The notes: generated from the sequence alone by a model not told the origin. Numbered from the stretch's first letter, positions 34,801 through 38,423 are shown. The stretch is DNA of 64,000 bases from Candidatus Taenariivivens baikalensis (GCA_009691445.1 SICL01000006.1:2486-66485); one strand, 5' to 3'. Translations and numbers: made by a program.

Positions 34801-37800
34801 AACTCTGGATTTTGAATCCTTATACCGCGGCAGTCGTCAATCACGATTTAAAACTTCTTGCCGAACAACGGCACAAAGTTGTTTTGGATCCTACAAATCT
34901 GGATTCCATAAGTATCCGCCAGGCTTCAAGTGAAAATCTGATGGTGGTGATTCGCCCGACAGTCAAGTTGTGGGACACTGCCCCAAAATGGCCGATTCCG
35001 CTTTATTTTTCCGCAAGGGATGGAAGTGAATTACCGAGAGATTCTGGATATAGCCCTGACGGTGTTGACAGGATTTATTTATGGAGACCTTTGTACGACC
35101 AAGCGCGTCACGATCTTCGATCCCGTTTTGATTCCGGGAAAAAGGATATTTCCGTGACCGTCCAGGTTTCTGCGCTCACGAGTTCTGCCTTAGCAAATCA
35201 TCTTTCTGTGGAATGGCGTGCCCCAAACGGCGTGTGGGTGGAGGGATTTCTTCCGACTGCGTCCATTCCCGGAGCCTCAAAGGCTCATGAAAATCTTCTT
35301 TATCAGAATCTGAAGGTTTATCCAGGTAAAATTCATAGCGACCATTTTGTTTTTTTTACCGAAGGGCCTAAATCCGAAATTGCGAGTGAATTGGAAGCGC
35401 TATCGTCAGGTCAAAGGACGGCACCCGCCATTCCACCGCGCGTTTCTCCTTTTTATGAAAGTGAACCGGATTTTAGCGTCCACTCTTTTTCCAGAGAAGG
35501 TTATGAATCGGCAGCCGCTTCTCAAACCAACGAAGGGGTTTTAGCGGAATTGACAGATGCGCTCAATCAATTTTCGAACCGGGTGATTCTTGTCGAAGTT
35601 ATCGGAGCTTCGTTTAAAGGAAATGGTTTGAATGTGATTTATCAGGGTGTGCAGGGATTTATTCATAAAAATCATTTAAGGGGATCAGTAAGTGACTACC
35701 CGCGTGGAAATCATATTTCTGTTTGGGTCATGACGGTTGACCGGACTCGGAATCCGTCCCGGCCGTTCGTGCAGTTTTGTGAAGTCCACCCCCGTTCTGA
35801 AGTGCGGAATTCAGGGGTATCACCGCAGTCCGATAGTGATGGAGTTTACCGGGAATTACAAGCAATGGATGCTTTGGGTCTGGATGACCGGCCATACCTG
35901 AGTGTGCAAGTCCTTGGAGTGAGTCGAAGGGGTACGGGTGTAAATGTTGAATATAAGGGAGTACCAGGATTTATTTTATACAACCTTCTTAAGAAACCTG
36001 TGCGTGAGTATCATCCTGGAGATTTCATTGATGTAATTTTTCACAGTATGAAACAGTTGCGGAATTCTTCGCGTCCATTTGTAGAATTTTGGGAACGCCA
36101 GCAGGAAGGAGGATATCGTTCCGAAGTACGCTCCGAAGTGCGCAGCCTGTCAGCCCGTGAACTGGTGCACCCGTTAATCGGTACACCGGAAACCGGCGCA
36201 CAGGCTAACCGGAATACGCGTTCAGAAGCGCGGATGGATCGACGCGATTTTATACAATCCTTTTTCGCTTTGGCTGAAAGTGCGGTCTCTTTGGGCGCGG
36301 TCTTGGGTATTAGTTATTTGATGATCCTTCCGCGTTCGGAAGTGCGAAAAGGGTTTTCGGGACAGCGAGTGAACCTGCCAACGGATTTAAATCCAGGGCA
36401 CGCGATTACCCGGTCACCCGTTAAACCGGATCGCCGATCGGAAGTGCGTTCTGCTTCACCAAAGCCTCGCATCCTTGTCATTGAAGTGAATGCTGCCTTG
36501 TATCGAGTGGCGGAGAAAAGCTTCGGCGAAGTGTTTGAGGCTTTAAAGTCAGAAATTGAAAAAAAGCTGCCACTTGGCGTGAATGTTGGGAATTTCGTTT
36601 CGATGACAGACGGTAATGTCGTTGTGATGGGTAGCAATGATTTGCTTGTGCGTCAAAGAAATTTTTCTAATCCATTTGGGGGCGCCAAACTGACAGTTCG
36701 CTACGCAGATCTTCGCTCGGAAGTCAGGAGCTTAGGAATCCATTCGGCAACGCAGATTGTTCCTCATCTTGGAAAGTTTGATGGAGCTTTGACGGCAAAC
36801 GTTAACCACCACTCTCATCGGCACTCTGATGATCATATCGCTCTGAAAGACGGCCGGTTGATCACCGTTCTGGTCGATGATGAGCCGTATAAAAGATCCA
36901 TTGATTTGACTTTGACGGACCCTGACGACTTAAGCAAACTCTACGTTAAGGTTCGCAAGGTTGAACAGGCGGGTACGTGGGATGTGTTATTAGCTGACTT
37001 ACGGGAAAATGTCACTTCGATGATTAACAAGTCTGATTCGCTGGGTGAGGTTGCGAAGAGCCTGACGGCACTTAATCTCGCACGTTATCAATCCAAGCAG
37101 AAGTCTATTCTCTATGTGGGGACGTTTTATCAAATAGATGAAACCCTCCGGCCATTTGCCTTAATGATTAAGGATGGTTTGACAGAAAATCAACTGAGGT
37201 TCAATTTTAATTTTTCGAATCGAATGATTGCCGATGAAAATGTTTCGAATCCCTTAAAGATTCCATCGATGTGGAGTACGGAGAGTGTTTTCAAGATCAA
37301 GTTGAAGGTCAGGGAAGAAAAGATTTCGTCGGGTAAAATGCCGGTACTGGCTATTATGCGATTAAAAGCACCCTCTTCTCATTTGTCAGATATCCGGGCA
37401 CATTTACAGCAGCTGGGAATTCAGTATTTGATGCGGGCCGAAGTTTCTTATGCCGACGGCACTAAAATAGATCTGGAGCCTCAGGTAAGGGTGGCCAGCC
37501 TGGAAGCCTTGCGGAATTCTCCTTTTGATTCAAGTGTCCGTAAAGTGCTGGGGCAGTTGAAAGGGTTGCGAAGTCTAGCGCTTGCGGCAAGAAGCGGCAG
37601 AACTGACGGATCACTTTTGGATGGATTGGAACGTTCTGAAATTCGGACGGACTTGCCCGTTCAAGAATTTGAGGATCAGGGGCAGTTGATCAGCCGGATT
37701 TTCCGGCAGGGGATTGTACCGCTGGTGAAGATGGGCGAGGCCGCCCGTGCGTGGGTGGTAGCTGTTTACGGAAAAACGAAGACGACAGCGAGGGAATCGT

Positions 37801-38423
37801 CTGCAACACTTCAGGATTTGAGGCAGGCGGCACAGAATCAGCTTGCGCGTTTTTCTGCACTCAACCGGGTTTTGAATCAAACCCATCCAAGATCTTCGTC
37901 GCAGCCGATCATTTCAAAGATTTCCGGAACGCCGGGTTTAGCGTCGGCGGCTTCCATCATTCCCTTTTTACTCAGCCGTCCGGATCAACGATATATTATT
38001 TCGACAGATCTTTCAGTGTCCGATCGCAATCGTTTTTATCTGGAATTTGATGCCTACGTTCAAAACCATCTTGGCGTAAAACTTCAGCAGGTTCCGAATC
38101 TTCAGATTTTGTCACAAGGCTCTGTGGAGGCTTTGGCGAGTGAGTATCCGCAAGGAGTGGTCGTGCTTTCGTCGGAGGAAGCTTCTCTGGATTCTCTGAA
38201 AAGTTTATCTGTCCCGGCGCTGAAGATTCTTCTCCCGGATGCGAATCACAGCCCGTACGTTGTGGGTATGTCGGATCTTCTCAGCCGCAACACGCTTGCT
38301 CAGCTCTTGGGCAATTCCAGCCGTCGAATGCTCCCAGCCGCCAGTCTCTTTTCTTCCGAGCGCTTAAGCCGGATCTTAAGTGATATGCGCCTCTATCAGC
38401 AGTCCTTCCAAGTCGCCGCCTAA
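13875..38423 (+). CDS. Giant multidomain protein (8182 aa, 24.5 kb, GTG start). Signal-peptide/TM-like N-terminus. Tiki/TraB/GumN-like split-motif domain at about nt 14060-15700. DapA/NAL-type class I aldolase domain at about nt 17880-18760. Internal tandem duplication 24778-26845. Gfo/Idh/MocA oxidoreductase domain at about nt 30820-31890. ROK-like domain at about nt 32870-33900. At least 28 in-frame R-S-E-[VLMIA]-R motifs.
   Basis: Single uninterrupted ORF in the track. Motifs read directly: HIQEAHGN...VVVITGGFH (Tiki/TraB-like); AGATGEF...GANFLVIAALYF...LALYNNPG...AIKNSGS (DapA-like, including a Schiff-base Lys motif); VLGGMGAVA...AYVEKP (Gfo/Idh/MocA); VVGKLGGT...HDGTAGARGE...AGTGIGS (ROK-like). 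Confidence 0.75.
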   Translation: MTSTRSYFYSRKFPRKLIAFLTALFFVLESFFVTPQTWAAAVPFEVQVPASLDLKLSPELGTIESLKTGSGPLIIHIQEAHGNYETQKKIQGILHSLHSQYGIDRILLEGTAFKLHPELARFYPENPALNEKVLEALAKQGIAIGPELFLAKTPEAEAYGIEDVKPYVANGVAFKEVLIQKEKTKKFLSLLDQQIRAFSGTYLNDPLRRFLDRTASFENHPDTLNDPLNILKLQAKENLALDLESPLAQFDWPQLVRLNVLAEMEGKFEGGAFAKEKEAFLRAIKAYTWKEEGRGKKEEKERKTSLPSSIFSLLSSEFSTPAPPNLETQMESLVSQLPSDFDYKAYPNVNRFIGHKLLAAELKGDALLKEIEILTAKITDKLAKTKEEKEIVELLKSYKLLKKLFALELTAEEYEQVVSRRQKAVGSKEPEKGSSAYCILPTAFLSRFAALNHENRIKDLNFRVGSKIDALYEKALEFYRLAKERDGIMIKNIEKILRSETRNPKLETRNKSKIQNQKFETTQKSSSVLDLNHSNFEFISDFGFRVSSLPKAVVVITGGFHSKPFATYFKDHGYSYALITPKMISTEGRETYVDFILKNFSPAQTSNFKIAPRVMSTPSELLSLGFGSKNIQRMRSEVRGISKKDYEKLAHDARDPRARRGWVQPKTSVTGRRYHRRGIGQAAFRDRSQVRSELRTQGSEHLLADRMTKALLQADPDISGQAGLDVAHIRGSASAGSILKALETLNTEEFKALRLDLKEKFEQQLATFVAIKPHALKEEAALIEGFVKAGFTVHLGPQVQFDEIKARNFYRAHAFEPFFISQLLPEITKGPARILILERALGNAVAEARKVVDQIRSDRGVTNKDPQNYVHASDDGEEGSAWRESGIAVSTSEEIMENISQAIEASAHPYDQLKSAQSLVAIGQVDPQGNGRKLLEGLKVPFGFDWERDSVAAKKILERALVIPQKRSELRKPEARQVRKSNLQRDQSPALALRRLTSVGRNILSLGSLFIWILRQIPTWFSSLVTRRNNSGTATFTASSTPINLDSIRSNLSSAAALHSQNPRTSPAITLIPDLSDSSKVPTSVGVYILFSSLFSMVRSSPIFKWGRSLLSLQGAVNINFSQFLIPYELYLRAGRSEVRQGWKDTLFQFGQTVDLSSVSGERIASVWNLSTHYALKFSTTLKQLGEGAIFRLFLDDLDRTDVILEQARAGGITDAVHFREFQDPALRLAAMSYLVTGTVMSREEMIRRFDSKRRTNQDEYNLAGAQVALDTILNAYRDENSFVFNDHQVRAFGLELHQLKGTELNPSFAKRLLSRALHIVLDPIPRSELRMTGTPKLKNIIPTPTFFMKDAKGKIIVKEAAVRAHMRYLKDTLHGEYILPAGATGEFQKMNPELRRSAIEITTREAKAVGLITFTNVTGDDEEETIGNALAAQAAGANFLVIAALYFLEKSSDIEAFIPKMRELGVTLPLALYNNPGLPKIQAYDSTREKEITSDAVGDLYRKELIFAIKNSGSAKLTEEYIRTGTPTYIGDESALDTASKIRGDKGESLYGLVGSSGNFMAIFQRIAETKNDEVRAALQAIINKIRPTLIALNLDPTRGPPHKIAQIIKYLLSKKDPVMSDDVSLDGTPALTEEEITAINAIQPLLMTFPEIQFQTNVESPFMKLEGGDSIDLRGLVGQLTEFRDRLIEGLGKWGNKKLFIGVSFQKKGDREIEIYDTTSQGLIATINATHYKVGFKLIAETLNPYLLPQNFSAPSAPAPATRLDSAGPSVPNAAVTEYQKLFNDLTGSLGSGWDITSENGHWLKIAVPQGGTTDPANPAFVGFALNFEREILFGWGTFRVHFYPKEGKLAGIVYREGKFYAVGDFASQDQNQIFAFLNIEEYRAASHSYTELAFLSSRRSELRMNRHAFLKKAAVVATGILFLPKTPSLADSPRVLPPIRLIPSLNPFQPELDGLIDAAEKIIPRKLGAGFPVIRRIQEGEYRAKILFLSGNLSWDLKHLKQMLADFSGQSLAKPEDWLILPEFLRHYQNVTLENFHGLPHEVAILLAQAKRIPMQDPFVSILQPETVRKILAEAKRRKLDLSREEILAYLLISWTQGMHPVSFGNNSVALAIQFLRDAWKKENDAPGVQELYEAAVSFVKKMNDSEFRVKMNRINKLNAEFLQKNPKAKDNLAWEWGKHYLALGETKSFTREELLGHWVIHTALQQFNGKIPDFMEGMIILMEKGWKAAGVSYEELHRGFLGWMPKIGQRDLSLKSKAAEELVLETYSRLTKSSLAATLSRSSAKNVIALLHAPPEAREGIEKVFQEHLQRLSSQRPELRLGAPRSELRQNRPPFGSFHEFVEKHAVKIETQNSLMVYVGKGKGKEDSKEMTEWAAARALIDANIAHNKLFGVDGQKKRFVAVFATGSTMIGIYKKVIILADQHEEKEGIDFSTARSYNLDENGGLAPDHPQSYRYFMNHHLFNGLTERIKEKAFSLDHTYVFPGNLPPAEYPAEFERVHKEIESYGGIDFLYLGSGENGHFGFVEPPYLINLDFAEFLLKNPKQSLDALFTEKPDEYRFLRDSNDFILEKSIQGDSRALTQRILDLRNQIRGALHEGLEKGGRNGDMAQDFRTARGRYYEEEASKKRFKLAAKWYHTNSFPVKIKAALKKYGRRLLHEQMTTIYFKEGSVLENLREPMELPTVQFKTLKELFATPAKLSFLNAKTPIVNSRLVENFDTVPLWAPTMDGGLVFSAKKIIQVITGPMKTDAALKIVTGPVSHDVPSSYLQLMQPGSTIILLDQAAAQKILLYQASRSEVRGDVSKGASEEIIAKSVSVLEMLDANFRLVQRANEWLVHNNELFPTKLLRFKYMHPIKGGVNMAQRQKGRWLAPEITQGFRRAKAEWEDGVPKEIFEILPSQKLNLDALLENIEALFSRRFLRSSSAPKWFKEFSEVVKASADEKIVELVSVERSSEDEAKRKVAAVLLKIKFDLLGIAQEKAIQAYRAFMMNDYENAAKFIKEAQEASDEGQAKRLKRPPQEPLYNKDEAIKEAFKSALKALEKLQTRSEMRSVSIPDAVEGLRPAIAETEEVWGGPMWKKDELFDFLKQSLEPGRNPIQNKIVSIFVPRAVVPNEARMGLTPAGVKILRKLEALLRKVDPEIQIKIYVEEGSGVNRDTGETYYSDFNYSLEGAVVLPYGVFVDKAGAVGPHKIVVDIKEPPPSAFPFLKDAVLFTFLHPASSKKMTQKLLKTVRAGFAYESIFFKNQRQVAKVPILDPASRAAGKATAVRYASLVKYRKDHPAKELTGLAWLADKIKYLFLFVFTFGRVRISESDEVEIIFRENMNLKSLEEMKNLQGILDGKTVTILGGGIVAEEAMLYLSGFGARVYVTEVEEGRRQELAELISGKELQEKITVLTRGNPKQPIEFETKIRDALENSNAIIGTISIPGARTPIEITRALYKKLVSKKTLAVRDESNHPGDGQANAEFARKLEFVGVPSIDQGGDIEGARPAKFKHGWLRDWFGVIWFAVTNIPCAGDPRETSEKMQLAKMTYLTLLILTELMGEKFLLQVFQKFPEMKPGMVMLRGHLTNAKVAAALRLPFVAPEPLIGSPVRSEVRSLNTTGAIPDAVRFSDFLLRLLPEITKSFSRRSEVRSTGVTKQDMAPLIFSKLLKGFVHRTQAEAGDGAVSYSVIPERAEFTRWLNIQQARASEELILKGLQSMERAGVYLYDGITLEELENQHKYYLGHATSVILMTLGAALGFWRVLENQSLENVQLEKLGLATNQLDSFAVFLRSLGEIFNKQILPTGIQGRALAEQMNEILARMGSLTRFDVNDPIHPLPSPLKKTPMPETAAVISPVIRIELNAENYRGKTVREFLDAYSPKIMSQLPEGSELYGFNTVNIAGRIVSGANKLEYQITGKKLVFSYPNQKARSEVRSLLAREPVHPLTSIPGMDDVSFLTLLKGFDRLTQAEAGEGAVSYSVIPESPDLTRWLNIQEARSSEALILHELQIMERAGVYLYDGITREELKYYLGNETAVILMTLGAALGFWRVAKGSRLEDIQFKKLGLTTEYINAFALILRRDLARLISDIGINRDDGQYQVGEFFLYTNTKKIKGAAIQDIINRSTGYLFSALLKKRINLHEEFSMRELVNLPDFPLGHYCLIRLLLAGQILEYWKVEASSINNFSIRLLPAGLEILAEQSFQQSALRESVARPESPQSRPSEITTVATPAPVFAFTPLPPKPVQIPSAAKPAVSSNVIRIELNAENYRGKTVKEFLDQHRQKIMSQLPAGSELYGFNTVNIAGTIVSGHHKLDCKITGKNLVFFYPNPKARSEVRTVLFDDNFQFSKRPEADVAAEKQYADAKIEEFKTVVQAQFGQSGAAVHAKVKEATDAWLNLINEFVKDLEPISVDDEGDPLYKRNGTYLRIITFDIRPKKLYQFYWERSNPEGEADPYERFDFFDVAIQNGVIIDFFPFTDVEIIRGEGGRASRQDLAILGQGISFIDFENEKRKEGLFSDLHAKLVDEFQRIKSLRDDRGLDVTSWPTGREPDAKLTQIRSRIINLKNQLVERIVFQEVESAGRILSASDREFNSAVDIAVLMGTIINRFRKLVMQAQVQSLDDLRKLAFDIAPELARSEVQKGLAGEQVRESTGLNPGHAITRSPAKPDRRSELRNNLVQEFQVIYKGQNTAVTVREMNLEDLESGEHPHFESAPLSQLLKTTWMSRGKDGRDQTQEAYVNRNGQVFLENEYGLQLLAEKERGGNKGDSNFGSMRQDREQGFFQSILIREAIILLTNLREPPKPKQVASAPEVVHRKYSPFGYRGGSAPKVQRNLPQPQKPEPVIQAQAAMLEWFDEAENRHRRVVLITDRGKYPVAREGVFGESSPRPKVETNFVFDQDRMNQPDDLEMLRALDLQTSIIKKYIAPKVFAAAPPAPSLAAVAAAPPTNPKPWQTRLAATYVSQREMEAELSEEGRFSGAYTKEGMFRSSIFHGKDFQEGVFVEGRMREGRRGALKEAGFNGVFHREGEFYVGIEMQIDSKTALIKPEKIRAIIQKKDGWFVACEIPLMLYSDAANSKFFSDWADIMAKALRKLVREHPLENQPYFEGKLQEIFPPAVMLPFPESMSARPQTFPEQVVSDASTIEIAPGFFAFIHAEPQGGEYDPWTRRRIRPTHYEYSVRFKDHLSRAVEKKGYNIRDRRETVLGYQVTIKPGDNNSSAKVSAVKTVGPVEVQLLVDGSEKQPKREIPPIKISSLQVNRSNPQDASISLEGKSIAIGETQQIGRFDIYFKGYAQSTIEGVPPAVILIILPRSEVRKGLAGQRVNLPTDLNPGHAITRSLVKPDRRSEVRSTPLVSDQSRDVSKAFIPQAFKPFYFYDRERRPSVESQVPASVFLLDPRVDASLNKNEAHGVFLKLKSKGDRVLIYDYHVTPNPYGQTAEEISNRSAYINHLEVNLDEHGHLESFMIHKGDLSRHRRHPWIFGDVEAWLSAQKGKPFNISNPEFPKQIQPGARRLPAVPQAGRVRTMDAKNPNWVTPEDSGLELLVSRLGDPAQPVVFNRLQQMQEKILEMGPVAWSFLLDLYPSFTRQPKIQQEIKMILLQAGPAVIPVLQGYIDHRREPQAVLATELLHQINPFIVDDHAESPIAHISEMNLPLPSNLEPANLIVLGGMGAVAQVFYETHMKALAQRYGVTLTAVDLMPQDAALARIKAENLPYQTYIQVPNRPLNGPETDFMKQLLAQNPKGVLILTRPNSHLDFTRWALNNGIKAYVEKPFSLPEDTVTMAKLHERFERAIFAIDFFFDNESALKGFEMLQSNFFGDLVSIKGSMIESNLIENGRGWLVDRKINGGGMGPDMLVHLVALAELLLTKFKPSSDPSRHLSLEQFKLDYQKSKQWRYRGAPKGQETYLHAIGNLGHVPVDLDAGKGLHECAYFMILQGTKGTLEINLGNHKKNQKPFLELRSRSGEIVYHEDFGADIGYAGAVRKIFEHLQDQKRPDGKPAVSDRELDFRVRAVKTSVDLVDKVNGALGGEFFYHNAGQNPAELSVPERVGERANRLMPLQSNLINPVTREKMQIRRQPGGDAYRHYYDLYRSSQGDLRFEGVTIQLLADSLLVDNLKIPAIQGYREDGYAIPILKWALELAQKIYPDSEYPLLISQDDVTMLPVLDGIFDPASIELRNNMDGTWGHLKDPAFNLYHIFGGSYSREPKDEGAIILADPQSYFPLGTAQIRKQGENYLLVSSSLPAASIKFQGPLIRASYRGKPLRIIFPHQTMAIRGLPKKWDADAAAVTRRLELPATLAEINILIDGGNIVDAIRSFTRSRASLDSQSVNMIAERLRQSYLDPLVVVGKLGGTSMAFETASPYGLLGYRNSSPTITKPDKADTAVEVVERIVKTILDVMKPYVEEDPSAINRFMAIRFSAPGYFDSEGNLIEDEENIPKIKAGFNFSKEVFQALTSALQRKGWTRHESLPPIEVTVEHDGTAGARGEISEFGTFPGDGDLFFLIAGTGIGSRRFKDGKPFFGDKRVQGLANEGPHHLQFNESKEHPDFAYRALQTQGFPIKRFKPGHARQIRVPNLEEILQYGPHLIDLEDLTSGPNIEKYAAEVLRKFNQHSEHNAEKAEQRKLAFDILNEVGFNFESVSTKLLGEKARAGNTLAQRIIRQRARLLGIGLAVMLVEQYKVFGAEEFGIPKHVILGSGVSQLGSVFLDAVREGFKERLDKYYTARQEYTFDPHRQIVLSKVMDDTGREFYGFLPTPTEAAAYKQKLGSLSRSEARMDRRDFIQSFIALTESAVSLGAALGISYLIILPRSEMRKRLAGQRVNLPTDLNPGHAITRSPANPDRRSEVRAVNTEGAIPVRSFDLSANPSRTTEAGLYLIRRLGLLQTSVVPLFQAILKKEDPDPAVELLVTSREGLFLQPPSDEFMTVRRLSGRDSLYRLDLKDKTITPLTFPGVLNPFSDGNGKPFAPLTPFPAEQGAVHFALVDRDLKLWILNPYTAAVVNHDLKLLAEQRHKVVLDPTNLDSISIRQASSENLMVVIRPTVKLWDTAPKWPIPLYFSARDGSELPRDSGYSPDGVDRIYLWRPLYDQARHDLRSRFDSGKKDISVTVQVSALTSSALANHLSVEWRAPNGVWVEGFLPTASIPGASKAHENLLYQNLKVYPGKIHSDHFVFFTEGPKSEIASELEALSSGQRTAPAIPPRVSPFYESEPDFSVHSFSREGYESAAASQTNEGVLAELTDALNQFSNRVILVEVIGASFKGNGLNVIYQGVQGFIHKNHLRGSVSDYPRGNHISVWVMTVDRTRNPSRPFVQFCEVHPRSEVRNSGVSPQSDSDGVYRELQAMDALGLDDRPYLSVQVLGVSRRGTGVNVEYKGVPGFILYNLLKKPVREYHPGDFIDVIFHSMKQLRNSSRPFVEFWERQQEGGYRSEVRSEVRSLSARELVHPLIGTPETGAQANRNTRSEARMDRRDFIQSFFALAESAVSLGAVLGISYLMILPRSEVRKGFSGQRVNLPTDLNPGHAITRSPVKPDRRSEVRSASPKPRILVIEVNAALYRVAEKSFGEVFEALKSEIEKKLPLGVNVGNFVSMTDGNVVVMGSNDLLVRQRNFSNPFGGAKLTVRYADLRSEVRSLGIHSATQIVPHLGKFDGALTANVNHHSHRHSDDHIALKDGRLITVLVDDEPYKRSIDLTLTDPDDLSKLYVKVRKVEQAGTWDVLLADLRENVTSMINKSDSLGEVAKSLTALNLARYQSKQKSILYVGTFYQIDETLRPFALMIKDGLTENQLRFNFNFSNRMIADENVSNPLKIPSMWSTESVFKIKLKVREEKISSGKMPVLAIMRLKAPSSHLSDIRAHLQQLGIQYLMRAEVSYADGTKIDLEPQVRVASLEALRNSPFDSSVRKVLGQLKGLRSLALAARSGRTDGSLLDGLERSEIRTDLPVQEFEDQGQLISRIFRQGIVPLVKMGEAARAWVVAVYGKTKTTARESSATLQDLRQAAQNQLARFSALNRVLNQTHPRSSSQPIISKISGTPGLASAASIIPFLLSRPDQRYIISTDLSVSDRNRFYLEFDAYVQNHLGVKLQQVPNLQILSQGSVEALASEYPQGVVVLSSEEASLDSLKSLSVPALKILLPDANHSPYVVGMSDLLSRNTLAQLLGNSSRRMLPAASLFSSERLSRILSDMRLYQQSFQVAA
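14739..14822. repeat. In-frame heptamer-array hairpin (GGAAGAN arrays inverted) inside the giant ORF. Encodes WKEEGRGKKEEKERKTSLPSSIFSLLSS.
   Basis: ggaaggaagaaggaagagggaagaaggaagaaaaag ... cttctcttccttcttccatcttctctcttctctcttc. Same heptamer as the intergenic element at 7081-7168. Confidence 0.55.
15130..15208. repeat. In-frame heptamer-array hairpin (GGCAGTN) inside the giant ORF. Same family as the intergenic element at 13579-13745.
   Basis: ccgtcggcagaaggcagtcggcagtaaag ... ggcagttctgcctactgcatactgcctactgctttc. Confidence 0.55.
15372..15521. repeat. In-frame heptamer-array hairpin (GAAACTC / GAGTTTC arms) inside the giant ORF. Encodes a 7-aa-periodic peptide LETRNPK LETRNKS ...
   Basis: gaaacccgaaatcctaaactcgaaactcgaaac ... 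tttcggatttcggatttagagtttcgagttt read directly. Confidence 0.55.
24778..26845 (+). repeat. Internal tandem duplication of a module of about 290-400 aa (24778-25642 and 25629-26845). Each copy is bounded by CGCTC[CG]GAAGT (RSEVR) motifs, and the second copy carries an extra insert.
   Basis: Repeated peptide blocks LLKGF..RxTQAEAG[DE]GAVSYSVIPE...MERAGVYLYDGIT...AVILMTLGAALGFWRV and VIRIELNAENYRGKTV[RK]EFLD...GSELYGFNTVNIAG..VSG..KL...ITGK.LVF.YPN.KARSEVR appear in both copies. Confidence 0.6.
27741..27857 (+). repeat. In-frame ~115-bp module Y, copy A. Flanked by RSEVR-coding direct repeats and has internal dyad symmetry (ttagccggtga / tcaccggctaa). Encodes KGLAG.QVR..TGLNPGHAITRSPAKPDR.
   Basis: Near-identical at nucleotide level to the copies at 29767, 34263 and 36333. 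Confidence 0.6.
29767..29881 (+). repeat. In-frame ~115-bp module Y, copy B.
   Basis: cgttcggaagtgcgaaaagggttagccggtcagcgagtgaacctgccaacggatttaaatcccgggcacgcgattacccggtcactcgttaaaccggatcggcggtcggaagtgcg. Confidence 0.6.
34149..34378 (+). repeat. Composite in-frame repeat: module X (RSEARMDRRDFIQSF.AL.ESAVSLGA.LGISYL.ILP, about 115 bp) followed by module Y copy C. The same X+Y composite recurs at 36219-36448.
   Basis: Two stretches of about 230 bp with roughly 90% nucleotide identity, read directly. Confidence 0.6.
36219..36448 (+). repeat. Second copy of the X+Y composite in-frame repeat (module Y copy D).
   Basis: See 34149-34378. Directly preceded by a tandem RSEVRSEVRS at 36115-36140. 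Confidence 0.6.

Noticed and set aside
15775-37650. Reading CGYTCNGAAGTGCG (RSEVR) as a DNA-level target-site duplication or insertion-element terminus throughout the giant gene.
   Set aside because: The encoded pentapeptide is kept while synonymous positions vary, including AGA/AGG versus CGN Arg codons, which points to peptide-level selection. The DNA-level reading is retained only for the four near-identical 115-bp modules.
14034-38050. Dozens of 60-170-aa ORFs on both strands inside 13875-38423 (for example 17718-18176, 30567-31043, 33198-33593).
   Set aside because: All are nested within, or antisense to, the single continuous 8182-aa reading frame and lack any motif support.
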